Assembly: GCA_965153455.1 (NCBI GenBank)
Contig: OZ234493.1
Span: 30,866,213 to 30,930,212 of the forward strand
Source: Sphagnum compactum
Taxonomy: Eukaryota
Reading direction: 5' to 3'
Length of the DNA: 64,000 bases
Of this stretch, positions 1-14,567 are shown piece after piece (position 1 is the stretch's first letter; each line of letters begins with the position of its first letter). A program made the translations under genes and the position numbers. The notes below the pieces were generated by a model. That model had not been told where the DNA came from, ran no database searches, and saw only the letters and a list, made by a program, of their open reading frames with translations.

Positions 1-40
1 CTTCTTCAACCTTGTGGGGTCTCTGGTTCTTTTGGGACAG

Positions 41-3000
41 GGAGATGATTTCTTACATTGCAAATACCCTGATCTTTCTACTCAGGTTAGAGCTCCCACC
101 TTGTTCACATGGGAGTGTAGACTGCTGCCTCTTGTACTTGTGTCACTTGAGCTATGCCATAAAGTATCGGCAATGGGTGGCACCTCCAATTGGGCTGTGG
201 TGTTGTGCAGTGGAGTAGTCATTGCAGAGAGCATTCTTAGGAGTCAGGATCAAATTCAAGGTAACTGGTCTACCCTGCCAAGATTCATTTCCAACTTGGC
301 AAGTATTGCTTGTAAACATATCTATGGCATGACAAACTACTGCCAGGGCTTGAAGATGTCAGAATCCTCCTTAACCTTGACAAAACTCAATGGGTGCAGG
401 GCGGGATTGGGGTTACTTGGCAATTCTATATGTGTTTGTACAACTCTCACGAGTTGTGGTGGTTGGACTGCTCTATCCTGGTTTGAAGTACTTTGGCTAT
501 GGCCTCAATTGGAAGGAGGCAGCAGTGCTGGTGTGGGCTGGTTTACGAGGAGCTGTGGCTTTATCTTTGTCTCTGTCTGTAGCTGTAAGTACCCATGCTA
601 ATTCCAAGAGATCTTGCTGAGCAGTCTGCAATTGTCTTTCAGACGCTATGCACAACAAGGGTTACACAAAATTGACAGGTGTGTTGCATTGGCAGCAAGT
701 AGGCGTGGATAATTCTCTTGATTATCATTACATTTCCAAGGTCACAGAAGCCCGGGTACATGTCTGTTCACAAGTGCTGTCTTCTGGTTGCTTGAATCTT
801 CTATGCTCTGTGCTGGTTGTGAATCTGAATCATCAACAGATGTTGGAACTGTTGGAACTTTCATGCAAACCATTTTTTTTGTTTGTGGATGTAGAGTGTC
901 TTTTTGATGGACTTGGAATCACATACTTATATGATACACATATAGTGGAGTACATTATGTCTGAGCAGACAAGAGAGATTGGAAGGGAAGGGAAATGGCT
1001 GTCATAAGGTGTTCCTCTAAAGTGGTTGCATCAACCAAATGTACCAGTTTGTGTTTTTCACAGGGGGCGTCGTGTTTCTGACACTCATCATTAATGGCTC
1101 CACCACCCAGTTTCTTGTGCACTATTTAAACATGGATCAGATTTCTGAAACTAAGGTATATTATTATCAGCTGATATTTGTTGCTTCTATGGAGTGTCCA
1201 CTTATTTTTGTGTTTAGAGTGGACAAAATGGTGATTGAGAAGATGCTTACTTTTCATTGCCATTTCACATGTTTGGGCTGCAGTCTCGTGTTTTGGAGTA
1301 TGCAAAGTATGATATGTATAGTAAAGCATTGGAATCTTTTGAGGAGCTTGGAGAAGATGAGGAATTGGGACCTGCTGATTGGACCACAGTGTGTAAGTAT
1401 GTGAGCTGCTTGAAGCGAGTACCAGAGGAAGGCCGACCCGCCCACCCCCACCATCCTCCAACCTCCACTGCCCTCCCTGAGATTGAAGAACGAATGCAAC
1501 AAATGCTTGATACTCGGATTCGTTTCCTGAATGGTAAGTCTCACAGAACATGAAACAAATGATGAGAGAAAATGGTTTTGAATGTCTTTTCCCACATATT
1601 TCATAGGTTACTGTTCTGATTGACATCCTTCTTTTTTAAGTAATTGAGTTTTTACATTATTATGTGATGTGCAGGAGTGCAATCAGCATATTGGACTATG
1701 CTAGAAGAAGGCCGCATAACGCAGACGGCTGCTATTCTTCTGATGCAATCAGTTGATGAGGCTCAGGACAAGGTACACAATGAGCATATTATCCTGTCAG
1801 CTGTCTATTATTAGAGGACCAATGCAGAGCAATAGGTCTACATGGTTTCCAGCATTGATAGCAAATCAGATACAAAATGAACAAAACTTTGCATTCACCA
1901 AATCCTCTAGGTCAATTGTATTTAAGCAGGATGTAGAATCTCGCAAAGTTCTGAGTCAACAGGTGAACATCATGCCATTGGATAATGGTTTGTTTTGAAT
2001 AGGTTGCAAAGAATGAAGCATTGTCAGACTGGAGAGTGCTCCGTGTGCATGTTCATTTCCCCCACTATCTCAAGTACCTGCAGTGGCGCAGTGCCTCATC
2101 CTTGTCACAAAAAGTTTCAACTTTTCTTTTAGTTACCCGGTTAGAGCTGGCTTGCTACATAAGTGCAGCGTTTCTCCGGGCTCATCGTGTCACTCGTGAT
2201 CAACTCCGAGCATTCATCGGTAGGTCTCTCACATCCAGCATTCTGATGAGATTTACCGAGCAGTATAAATCACTGGTAAGGGCAATACAGCTGTACATTG
2301 AAAAGTGTCCACTTTTGTTTCAGGTGTGTGCATGCCTGACTGATGAAAGTCTTGGATTGCTGCATATGCGTTAATCAAGTAAGCCCTGTAATGCATGGGT
2401 GGGGTGAGCAGGAGAGAGTGAAGTTGCAGATGCTGTTATAAAAGAGAGTGAGGAGCAAGAAGAGCATGCTCGCCATTTTCTTGAAGATGTTCGTCTTGCC
2501 TTTCCTCAGGTTAAATAACAAAGCATTTCTCTTGAATATATTGAGAGCTTGCTTTCTTACCCAATGGAGCTTTTGACAACCATAAATTTGTATGTGCAGG
2601 TGTTGAGAGTGGTGAAGACCAAGCAAGTCACATATGCAATCCTACTCCAGTTGAGTGAGTATGTGAAAAGCTTGGAGGCAGGAGGGCTTTTAGAGTCCAA
2701 AGAAACCATTCATCTTCATGATGCTGTCCAGGTTTTTGCCTCAAAAACATTTGACCCAGCTTTCTTTTGTCTGGCTGCAGTAGTTTCCATGGACATGTTA
2801 GTTCCAATCTCTAACTGCAGATTTTTAGGTTCAACTCAAAATGACTTAAGATGTGATTTTCATTTTTAGGTGGACTTGAAGAAATTGTTGCGGAATCCAC
2901 CACTTGTGGAAATGCCTACAGCAGAAGAGACTTTGATGCGTCAGCCTTTCATAGGTGCACTGCCTGCATCCATTGGAGAAAATCTTGCCACAGCAGCCAA

Positions 3001-5007
3001 GGAGTTCATGAAGTTACGAGACAGCATACTTTACAAGGAGGATGCTAAACCAGATGGGATCTGGCTCATTGCTAATGGGGTTGTTAAGGTATGCTTACTG
3101 ATTTAATTGTCCAATTGGATTGGTCAATTTCAACAGAAGTTATGTGTTTAGTTTTCCTTGTATAGATGCAAACAGGCTTAACTACTTACAGAGGGATGGC
3201 AAGTACAGTCATAGACAAGGGTGTGCACTAATTCCACACTTTGAAGTGAAAAGGTATTGACAATGATTTTCCTGTCCTTTCTGGTGCAGTGGAGTAATAA
3301 GGCATCAAATGGCCACCGGTTACTGCACCCAACATTTTCACATGGTAGTACTCTCGGGTTGTATGAAACTTTGACTGGAAAACCTTTCTTGTGCAACATT
3401 GTTGCTGACTCGGTGGTGCACTGCTTCTACATTGACCGTGCCAAGATCCTATCAATTACATTAATTCACCCTGAACTTGAAATTTTCCTTTGGCAGGTAT
3501 GAACATATTTTGTTTGAAGCTTAGGACTTTGACCCAGCTCTGACATTGTTGAAAATATATTTCCTCTTCTGTTACTGGCTGTTTCTTGCACTCTTATCTA
3601 TGGGGGTTATCTTTTGTGTGTAGGAAAGTGCATTGGCTGTGGCTAAAATTGTGTTGCCCCAACATTTTGGAGTTGCCACCTTGCAAGAGCTGAGGATCCT
3701 TCTCGTTGAAGGTTCCAAGATGTGCACATTCCTTCAGGGAGAAGTTTTTGAGCTGCAACACAGTGAGGTTGGTGTTCTCCTAGAAGGCTTTGTCAAGCAA
3801 GAGGGCAGCAGTGAAATTCTTGCTGCCCCAGCAGGCCTTGTGTTCCACCATGGGGAGGCAGACCCTGCTGCTAAGGGTATTTGATGTCTTTCTCCGTTTG
3901 GGCCATTTTGACTTTATAATTGAGGACTGCATCCTAAAAGTGAAGCTGTAATGGTTTCCTTGATAACTTCTTTCATGGATACAAAGAGAGATGCCTTTTG
4001 AACGTCAGTTATCTGACTTCCCGCTGCTTTTTTAAACTAATGTGACTCAATGCCATCCACAACACTCATCATGACTGGCTGCAAGAGATGATCAATGATT
4101 TCTCCTGTCTTGATATGTGTCTGGTTGCAGATGGTAGGAGCAAAAGCTTATCGCATACAGGCACAATCTTTCATGTGGAAGCAAGGTCACGGATTCTTTT
4201 CTTTGATGTGGGAATCTCAGCAGAAGTGCTGTCAAGGCGTTCAGCATCACGGGTGTCACTTTCCCATCTTAGCATGCTTCCTTCACGCCACTCTAGCCAC
4301 GACCATGATACTTTCCTACAAAGACCTTCTCAAGCTCGACACTCTTCAGCTCCCCGCCTTAGAGGCCTGAGACAGGGAAGCAGAGGAGAGATGAGAGGGG
4401 AGGGAGCCTCTGTGTTGCAAGCTTGGGGAAGCAGCAGTGGTCTGCCCACCACCGCAGCTGAATATGTTGCCAGGGCCATGAGGCTCAGCCTTTTTGGCTC
4501 CAAGGTAACATTCCCTCGTCAAGTTCTCTACCTTAATTTTGTGCTTGTCAGTCTGAACTTACATAATTACTGCAGTTTGATTGACATCATGTAAAATGTG
4601 GCCTGTTAAGCGTTTTTTATGAACTTAATGAATGTGGAATTGTGGTGCCATGACAGGTTAGAGGATTGAGCCACAGTTCCAGATTGGAGAGCCAGGCCAG
4701 GGTATCTGACTTGCCAATCAATGCCCTAAGTCAATCCCACTCAAAACTAGTGAAAAAAATGTCTTATGCTGTGCAAGAGAATGTTGATGGTGATGCACCA
4801 ACACTGCCAAGACAGAGAGTTTTCAGCCAAACCAATTTGGCTCTTGCATTGCCTTTTGTGCCACTTCCCATTCTTAAGGTAGGGGGGCCTTCTGGCAACA
4901 TGTCTAGTGATGAGTCTGATGGAGAGGAGCACATTGTAGAAATTGGGTCACCTAGCACACTTTTCCATTCTCATCACCTTCAACAAGACCAGAAAAGCTT
5001 GAGTTGA
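41..5007 (+). CDS. SOS1: SOS1/NHX7-type plasma-membrane Na+/H+ antiporter, 5' part outside window, multi-exon
   Basis: GT-AG exons encode EMISYIANTLIFLLS (41-85), YFGYGLNWKEAAVLVWAGLRGAVALSLSL, FVFFTGGVVFLTLIINGSTTQ, FEELGEDEELGPADW, VQSAYWTMLEEGRITQ, cyclic-nucleotide-binding-like LYKEDAKPDGIWLIANGVVKW and HPTFSHGSTLGLYE, ARAMRLSLFGS and C-terminal SDESDGEEHIVEIGSPS; stop at 5005-5007. Confidence 0.96.
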
Positions 5008-5499
5008 TCTATGGAGATATATTTTGCAGTTCTTCATGGATTCTGCTCAGACTTATCCACATCTGTTGCAAACCAAGGAACCTACTTCTCTCTAGGTCTG
5101 AATAGTCATCATCCTTGTTTCTACCATGCCCAACAGTAGCAGGGGCAATCCCATGATATAAAATCTGCTGCAATATATCTACATTAGTTTAAAAAATGCA
5201 TTATCTTCATCTGTTTATTGAGAGGTTCATCCTTACAAGCTATTGAGAAGCTTGACAAATGTCCTGTCATTTTGGTGCAAAGAAAATCACTTGGTCATCC
5301 TGACACTGCATCTAGAGCCCATGTACCATATAACAACTATCTAATAAATCCATCTATTCCCAGCACTTTGAATTTCATCTCAATTGTCCTTAATGAAAGG
5401 TCTTTCAAAGTCCTTCAATCTGAGAGGACAAAAAATCATGTATTATGGTATGCACACATGAGATTTGTCACCTTTGGTTTGGGACAATACTAAAAAAGA

Positions 5500-8400
5500 A
5501 CAGCAACAGAAACATTGCAGATGGATGGTGATTGTGTACATGGTCCCAGGCATGCTAAGAACTGGTCTTGTAAAGGTCATAGGATCCATTCCTCTGCAAC
5601 ATTTCTTCTGGTACCTGGACAAGTCAAAACAAATCTGTCAACCCAAAGAATGATATATTGTCTTCTGTCTGCAGCATACACAATCTAGGAGCTCTATACA
5701 TCTCTAACAAAAGAAAACCATGAAGGGTGACATTCCACGTTTTCAGAGGTAGTAGCCAATGTGGTAATAAGAATTCAGAAAGCAACATGCTATAATTCAA
5801 CCCAGCCAACTCTGTCACAAACATGATCTCATTAGATTTAGACACAGATATGTTGTGACTTGTGACCAGTGTCAGGCAGGTGTTAAAATCTTGTTCAACT
5901 ACTGAAAGAAGTGGTGGATGTTAGAAGTTGAAAGAACTTTGTGTGCCTGAGAATCAGCTCCAAAAGTTAATTGATGCTTCTTAACTTTAATTGCAGGATT
6001 TCTTGGATCTTAAGGAGGTGAGAGACACAGATCAATCACCAATCTTTTTTTTTATAAAAAAGTCTTGGATGTTGGTGAAGGGGGTGGTTGCAACCAGCCC
6101 TCATTCTTTTTTGAAAAAATGTGTCACCAAGTTTCTAAAATTTGCAAGACAATTTTTGACAACAAACATATAGATTCACATTGAAAATCAACTTTTTTCT
6201 CTTTATTCTTTTAGTAAAAGAAGCAACAACATGCAATCAATTCATTTAGTAACTGAAAGAATTGATAACATAATATATGACCAACTGTTATCAGTGAAAA
6301 GAAAACCAATTTTATAAGAACCAGCCTCAATTTTTAAAAATTGAAATCCAAGACCAGTTGCAATCATTTCATGAGCAAGTAATTAAAGAATAAGATGGGC
6401 ATTCTGTTCCAGAGACTTTTTCAAGGTGAATTAATTTCTAGGGCTCCATCACCTGCTTCCAAAAGAAATCATTCCAGTAGAACTATTCAAGAAAGATGAA
6501 ATCTGCTGAATAGTGCATGAAGGGTTAAAAGATTCCACAAGAGAATGACAACCCTTGGTTTAAGTAGAAACTTATGCAGGGCAAATGAGCACTGGTGTTA
6601 ACCTTTGCAGCTAGTTCACCATCATGTTGTGTGCAGAGAGGGATGTAATCACCCAGCCTCTGAACCAAATGAAGTAAGAGGTAATCATTTGCAGCCATGA
6701 ACAAAATGTGCACATGCAGGCATTGCAAAGTGCCTGAACCAGACTATGATTGCATCCACACATTTTTCTGTACAAGATGCTACAGAGTCGCAAGGATTGG
6801 ATCGTGTGGGATTTACAAAGCACTCCACTCCCTGCAAAAATAAAAACTTGAAGATGATTTCATTTCTGAAGTGACACAGAGTCATCCAGATTGCCTCAAT
6901 ATTGCATTTGAAGTGAAGAAATATCTAAATAAGTCTTGAGAACTTCATAAAAATATCACCAAGAAGGAAAAGAGAAGGACCCAATACTGACCTAAAAATA
7001 GCAGAGGAACTCTGAGGTTTAAATCCATGGAGACAGTCACATGCATGTGCAGTGATCTTTTGTAGCAACATGTATGGTGGGTAGTGATGAGGTAACATAT
7101 AATATCCCCATTAATGTCATCAGCTCCCAGCAGTGGATAGAGGTTAATGTCAGACACTGGCAATATGCTGGTAAGACTCAGCCATGATGTTGGCTATCTC
7201 AGCAAAACATTTAATGGATGGAGATTCCATAGGAAACCAAGAGGGCAGGGGAATACAGAGAAGAAAACCCAAAAGGACTAAAAAGAATGAGCAAACAGAA
7301 AGAGACAAGAGAAACAGCATGAAGAGTTTGATCCTTGACAAAATGAAAAATTTACAGGTCAAAAGCCATTTGGTCAATCAAACCATGCTCTCTAGCTTCA
7401 CAAATAGGACAAACCTATGATAATGAAATTAGCTTCATATGCATCTACAACTTCTCTGTAATTAGAATGTAACTTGATCTAAACAAGTTTAACCTGATGA
7501 TGAGGTCATAGAGATATCAGATCAGACAGTATATCAATGGAGAAGAAAGAAAAGAAAAACAAAAAGGAAGAGACCCAACCCTTAAGTTCAAAAATAATGA
7601 GTTTAAACAACAGCAACTATCACACAAATGGTCAAAGACCTTCAAGAGCAACATGTATGGTAGTGAACCAATACCTTCTTCTTAAGTAGATCTTAGAATC
7701 ATTAGAAACTTCAAATTGAAGTGATCTGAAAAGACTCCAAAATACTTCTGTACTAGAAAGTGGCATGTGTGGTGACACCAAAGTGGTGGTCTTGTGATGG
7801 CCAAGCCTTGCCACAAATCCTGCCTTGATTGGTGGCAGTGAATCACAAACATCCACACTCCAGCCCAATAATGAAGTCAAAATTTTTTAACAGTGAACAG
7901 AATCCCAGGCCAGCAGAAGGTATCTATGCCAAGTAAATAGTCTCATCTGAATAACCTTGACAAGAGTGTAAGAGAATTGAAGTTTCCAGAGCCTACTATT
8001 CCTACTTGTAGGCCTGATCTGAATCATCCCATGGGAACCTTGCTTGCATCACAATTCCTTCTGCTTCCTCCTCCTCTGTGTCTACTGCCACAACTACAGC
8101 AAAAAGCTACCATCACAAATCCTGACACAGTGTTGCAATATTTAGCTGATCCTGTTGCATGATTCTTGTAATGGCATCTCCTTCTCATTCACATTTGAAA
8201 GCATCAAACCTTATTTTAAGCTACTAAAAATGACTTCGTCTAATTCCGCAACCTCACCTTCACCCTACAGACAGCCAGTAATCTGCCTATGCAGCAGCAA
8301 AATGTGCACAACAGAGCACATTCACACTGTGAATGAGTTTAGTACAAAGATGTTCAGAAAGACAGCTCCTTTGAATGCAGAACAAGCTCTTTAACCAGAC

Positions 8401-9300
8401 AATCACTAACCTTCTACCAGATTATGGATGTTGGATGTTACAATCAGCCTTTTGTAAGTGGAAGAACAAAGCTTTAGTGTATTTGGAGGCTTGCTTATCA
8501 CATAAAGGAAGTAAAAAAATTTGTTTACTAGCCTCTTATTCCTCTTCTAACCCAGCCAAGGTCGAATCTGCACCATCACCAACTGCAAAGGAAAAAAATG
8601 TCAAGAGAAAAAATCTGGCAAAAGAGTGTCCTCGAGCCACTCTCTGCAAGCCACTATATAGGAGCCCTACCTGTCAATGTCTCCACCTTCTGGGCCACTT
8701 TCTCGACTGGTTTGGCTCCACCTTGTCATTGTCTTGCATACACACTTTCTTGTTTTCTTTCGTCTTTATTCAATAGAAGGCACCAATCTGCACAAAATAA
8801 TGACTAGATCAGAAACTTCAAAAACTATCACACACCTTCAGTTTTCATGCAGTGCAGCACCATAGAGGAACTGCACATCAACCTCGCATATGATGGGTTT
8901 AGGTTTAGGGTTTTCTCTGATCCCCCAGACATGAATGAAGGAGCATAGACCTTGAAAAGCCTGTGGGTAACAAACACATGTCTACAATCCTACTTAGATC
9001 CAAAGACCAAAATCAAATTGTCACCCTGGTTGTCTCCTATTGAAAGCAAAAGACTCTTCATGTTCTTCCCCCACACAAACCCCCCACCCCCCCCAAAAGA
9101 AAGGAAAACAAAACAGAATGATAAAGATGACAGGAATAAAGGACACACACCTACCTCCCTAATACTGATGCTGTCCTTTGAGTTCAGGCACAACGTCATC
9201 ATCCTGCTCTCCTCCACCATCGCTTGCAGAGATCCGAGGGGACGGTCGCCACGGACGCAACGAAGAAAGAGACAACGAAACGCACGGTTAACTCTTCTTC
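5500..9300 (-). ncRNA. Putative spliced non-coding transcript or decayed gene, convergent with SOS1; ends approximate
   Basis: GC/CpG-rich first-exon-like segment about 9190-9300 under a telo-box promoter. Minus-strand splice signals: GGGAG|gtaggt about 9160, cacag|GCTTTTC about 8968, CTGAAG|gtgtgt about 8835, tcag|GATTTG about 8121, ttgcag|GGAGTG about 6831, GCAAAG|gttaac about 6602, gtccag| about 5614. Joined exons carry stops and give no recognisable long ORF. Confidence 0.4.
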
Positions 9301-9445
9301 CTTAAACCCTAAAATAGAAGCCCTAAATTAACCGTAGTTTAAAAGAGATTTTAACCACTGTCAACGAATCAGCAAGCTCAAGTTTTAAACCTAGTAATAA
9401 CCCTAATCCCGATGGACGGTACAGAGATTCTGGACGGTGGATGTG
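9300..9445 (-). promoter_or_regulatory. Telo-box-rich promoter region
   Basis: AAACCCTAA at 9304-9312, AGCCCTAA about 9319, AACCCTAA about 9399, and two TGGACGGT motifs at about 9413 and 9431. Confidence 0.5.
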
Positions 9446-11500
9446 CCTACCACATGGCAGCTATTGATTGCTTTTTTCCTGTCGTCTCATACTCTGATTG
9501 GTCCACTGTCGTCATAAGGCCTCGCTCTTTATTGTTTTCTGTTGCTCTTTTGTTTTTCCTTTCCTTTCCTTTCTTTTGGGGGGATGGGAGGGGATGGGAG
9601 GGTGGCGTTGGTGCTTTTCTTTTACACAGAATTTGATCATCATGTTTTCCAGGTTCTGTCTGCATTATTGTTTGATTTATACAAACGCTTGATTTTCAAT
9701 GCAGGATTACATGATTATTACCAGGGTTTTTTTTTATAATAATCATAACAAAAATTTAGCAAAATAAACGTTTTCTGAAAATATTAGCAAAATTAGTCAA
9801 CTTTACAAGTGTAAAAACAAAATTTTCCCAACTTTTTGGTCAAAAAAACCCAAAAAAAAAAACACTTAATTCATCACAATGACATTTAATTACACAAACA
9901 CTTGCTGTTCAATTCACGATTAGGTTTAAAATTTGTCGGTCCTTTTTGGCTTGCTCCACTTCTGGCATGTATGTTTGTATGTATGTATAGCACGCTCACT
10001 CTACAAACTAATGTTTTTCTTTCAATGGTAGTAAGTAATCCCACAATTGCCCAAATTGTAAGAATCCTTTGCTTGTTTTAAATTTGGCAGTACATACTAC
10101 ATACATACATGATTAGCACAATGTACAAAGGCACACAAGTTTGTGAGTAGGAGGTATCCTTACAGCCATGAAAGATTAGAGCTATGTAGACCTCACAAAA
10201 TCTGTAGGATGATGAGAAACAAAATTGTATAAGGTAATCTCACACAAGCAACATTTTATACCACCTATGAGTTTAACAAATCAATGAACATGTAAGAATT
10301 CCATGTCTTGACTCCTACCCAAGACCCTCAACCTTCCTGAGCTCCTCACTCTCACCTGAAATTCCAGCCTTCCTATTGCAACTCTAGTCTTTGAGCTACT
10401 GACCAAATTGAAGACCAAACAAAAGAAGAGAACTGAAAAAATGTCTTGAGACTCAAGCATGCTCCCACACGTGTGGGAGAGCAAATTTATATCTATCAAA
10501 AAAACGTTATAACAATCAATTCATCTACCACCCGCCCAACAATGCAACTCATAGTCTAGAAATATGTGACCTGAAAGCTTACATGGCTTCTGCTGGAAGT
10601 TGTCAAGTTGTGCTTGCACATTCTTGATGCATGTCATCAAGATCTGAAATCAGTGGTCAATGAGCAGTAGCATCTGATTTCCCTACACAATACTGGCTGA
10701 TGACAGGGAATTGTGGGAAGGCACTTTATGATGCCAGTTCATAAACAGGATACTCAAGAATGCCAAAAGATCCAACTAAAATTTAGCTCCATACAATCAG
10801 GTACCTAGGAAAACAAAAGCCATGACAACTTTACAGGGTTTGGGACCAAAAATCCAACACTCAAACAGACTGCAAGCAAACTACTGATCCCATCTTCCTC
10901 ACCTAAAAAATACCCACAGTTTGTATAACTATCATGTTCTAAAGCAGTAAGAGGTAGACAGCCATTTAACTGAGCAAATCTATAGAGCTGTAATGCAGTA
11001 GCTAATATGAACCATTGCACAGCAAATCTGTGACCAACACCATGACCACTGGCCTGTTCTTGCACCAACATGGACCAGGATGGAAATCCACAGAATCACT
11101 GGATGTGAGATGGGAAAACCCTAAATTCCCCCTTAAGAAAGATCCTTGTGCCACAAATCGGCTCAGTTTGCTTTTTCAAATTGCTAAGAGTCCAACAATG
11201 ATACAAGGCATTTCTTAGTACTGGACACCCAGAGCATGTTTGAGTACACAAATGTTGCTGACAAATAGACATTCTCAATTCAAGATCCTAACGTAGTACT
11301 AGGTGATTTCTAAAATTTGTAGAAAAGGGTTATGATTTGAGCCTCCACTCCATGCTGCAGTGGCAACCAATTATCGACCTTGCACAAACTCGAAATGGTG
11401 CCATGAGTGAACTGGATATCATCCTGCAACTGCCCCACACAAAAAACCCTCCAGCCCACACGTGCTTCCCAACCCACAAACTGGAATATCAAAGATAAAA

Positions 11501-13472
11501 TTACTTGATATACTGAGACATCCACTTGATACCTTCCCCATAGCCCATCTTTCGCACTATACTGCACATGAACACCTCAATTGGCCGCATATTGGTCTCC
11601 CCAAGATTCACCTTGCCCTTGCCAGTGGTATAGTTGCTCAGGCCTAATGAGTACCGTAGCTCATCTTCTGAAGCTGCAAATGGAATGTCAATCTTGTTCC
11701 CCAGGATCAAGAAAGGAACTTGTGCAAGTGAATCATCTGACAAGAGTGAATCCAGCTCCTTCTTTGACTCCCCAAACCTTTCCTTGTCAGCCGCATCCAC
11801 CAAATAGACTATCGCATCCACCTGCATACAAGTCTCACAGTCAGCTCACCCCCATCATTGGCTCCATCCTTCTGTATCATGTCAGCTATTCTCAAATGTG
11901 GCCAGTCCAGTGATAACAGTAGACTACCCCACATGTTTTCAACTTTAGGAGCAGCACGTGTTTAGCTCAAACCCTAGCAAAACACATTGTGAAGAATAAC
12001 TGGTCAACTGCCAGGTACTCTTGCTGGCATTATGGGGGTGTTATTGACCACAATTACAGCTGAACTTAGATACCCATGAAATTGCAGAGAAATCTCCACA
12101 CAATGACTGCAGTCACCTAATGCTAAATTGAAATAGAACATGAGAGAAAACCCAAACAAACGAGTCAGAAAAAATAGGGATGGTTAACAATACAGCTCAA
12201 GACTTGCAAGACACCTCAACTGTCAACCCCCAAAACACATGCCTTCCAATAGGTTGGTTATCTGTGTCATTAACCCTATGCTTGCTCTCTGTTTTCACCT
12301 GCTGCTTGCACCAGTCCTCAAATCCAGAATGCAAAAATTCATACACTAAAACCTCAAGGATTCAGACATACAACAGGATAACTGTATGCATCATATCTTG
12401 GTACATCTGATATTTGACATGCATAGTTGAATTAACCCTAAAAGAACTTAGAGAGTGCTGTGGGCACAGCAGCTTCAAATGGGTCTTCCCCTTCTGACAA
12501 GTACATACAAAAGCTTCCAACTCCTGAAAGAGTAGTAGAGGTCTTATCTCTGCGGGCCGAAGAAGGGGGTCCAGCAACTAAACTGCCCTCTTTCTGTCCG
12601 GTGGAATGGAATTACCCTACCTTTGCATAGTAGTCCTTCCATACTCGTCTCGCAATCTGGTGGCCACCCAAGTCAAACGCTTTGAACTTGATTTTTCCAA
12701 TGCTCAACTCTTCTGAAGTCGGATACTGTGTTGGTTGATGCTGTGCCAACCTCTGAAAATACCCAGATGAGACAAGCAGGAGCAAAGAAAGATGCAATCA
12801 GAAAAACCTATGCGGATAGAAGTGTTTTGATCACCACTCGACCTCTCCTTCAAACATCTATTCCTGGCTTCTTTGGCACCATACTCTCGAAGCACACACA
12901 ACTATTTCCTAGACTGTTTTTTTGTTTCCCCTACAATCATCGGATCGCTCAATGACAAGTACTAGGTTCCCGAGGCTTTGCACCACCCACCATTCACGTA
13001 TCCTAACCCCTTACACAAACGCTGACTTCAAGACGGATGTAATCAGTTGCTGCGGTATCTTGCAAACAGCAAAACACAGCCCCCCTGCCAATATACATAC
13101 AGACTTCTCACATACACCAAGAGTATAGATCTCAAAACACGCAACACATAACCCTTGGCTACAGAAAACCATTTCTGTTTCCGCGTGATTCCTCTACCCA
13201 TAAAGCTCCATAACCGCAACTCCTCACTCCCCACCTGCCAGCCAGCCAGCCAGCCAGTCCCCACCCCACTCGAGACAAAAACAAGGCTGTACAGAAGGGG
13301 AGGGGGGAAAAAAAACAAAAAGCAAAGCAAGCAAGCATCAGACCTCATCCTTAAGCATGTGCAGCAGCGTGGTCTTGCCCGCATTGTCCAGGCCCAGGAA
13401 CAAGATTTTGGCCTCCTTCTGCCACAACCCAAGTGTGGCAAGCACGCTGTAAAACCAGTCGAACAAAAACAT
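11501..13472 (-). CDS. SAR1: SAR1 small GTPase (COPII), 193 aa; exons 13472-13344, 12752-12621, 11821-11501
   Basis: [43 protein letters not shown] / [44 protein letters not shown] / [10 protein letters not shown]...LGNKID...[25 protein letters not shown]. Two phase-0 GT-AG introns. Confidence 0.99.
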
Positions 13473-14567
13473 CTTCCCGACCTCTGTTGCCGATCACCCA
13501 CAGCTCTCCACACACACAAACCCTCTTTGTCTCTGTCTCTGTCTCTGTGTGGCTCCAGACGCAGCAACTTGCGTACCTATTCTATGCTTCTGGATGTCAA
13601 GATCTGTCCACCATCACTGCAATCTTTGTTGCTATGTGTCGCGAATGCGGGCGTGCGTATCTGTGATCTTCTCCCCCCCCCCTCTCTCTCTCTCTGTCTC
13701 GGGGCAACAGACCCTCGGTTTCTCTTATTTTCCTCTCGACGAGGTCCAACTTTCCCAACCGGTCATAGACTTGGTCTTTCTTTATCAGCCGGTCGTTTCT
13801 CACTGTGACCCAAAAAAACATAAACAGAACAACAATATTTTTTTAAAAAATTTAACTGTTTTTTAAATTTTAATACCACATGATTATTATTATTATTATA
13901 ACAGTGCTGTTGCCATTTGGGAGGATATTAGCCCATAAACTTCGGATCCGGATATAAATACTATTTTCTCCAGTTTTTTTTTGGGGGACAAATTTTTGTA
14001 GTTTTTTGTACCAAAAAATTGGGATTTTTTTGGGGATTTTTTTGGGTTTTTTTCCGGTAAATTTCACTAACTTTTGCTTTTAAAATTTGCCAATTTTCAA
14101 TATCACAAAATTGAAACATTTAATTGAAAAATAACCCTGATTGATTCTCTTGCTCCAGGTGCCCTTATTTATTTGTTGATTCTGCCCGGATATACTCTGT
14201 TTTTTTGGGTCTTGCTGATAAAGACTCTTTTTCTGCCCGGATTGATTCTGCCCGGACCCACACTCTTTTTTTTTTCAAATAACAAAAAGGTGCCCGGTGG
14301 GCATTATGTTGTAGGGGATGAGTTGTTTGTTTCCATTTTTCCCTATTATTTTCTGGACTCCACATATTTTCTAAAGTTGCTCAATAGGTCTAATTTTCTC
14401 CTTTAAAATTAATTTTTATTTTTATTTTTAAAATGGATCCTTTTTGGACATACCTATCTATGGGTTGCATAACCAGTACATATACCAAAATTCTACTTTT
14501 GTGTTTGTTGTTTGGAGCCTAAAACAACTTGAATGGATTAATTTCCTTCCATACATCCCATATGCAA

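Noticed and set aside
5047..5111. Minus-strand ATGATGA...CTGA resembling a C/D box snoRNA
   Set aside because: There is no terminal stem and no rRNA-complementary guide I can recognise; it lies in the SOS1 3' UTR region.
13043..13866. Several long overlapping ORFs (174-217 aa)
   Set aside because: They are by-products of the GC-rich SAR1 promoter and first exon, with no recognisable protein.
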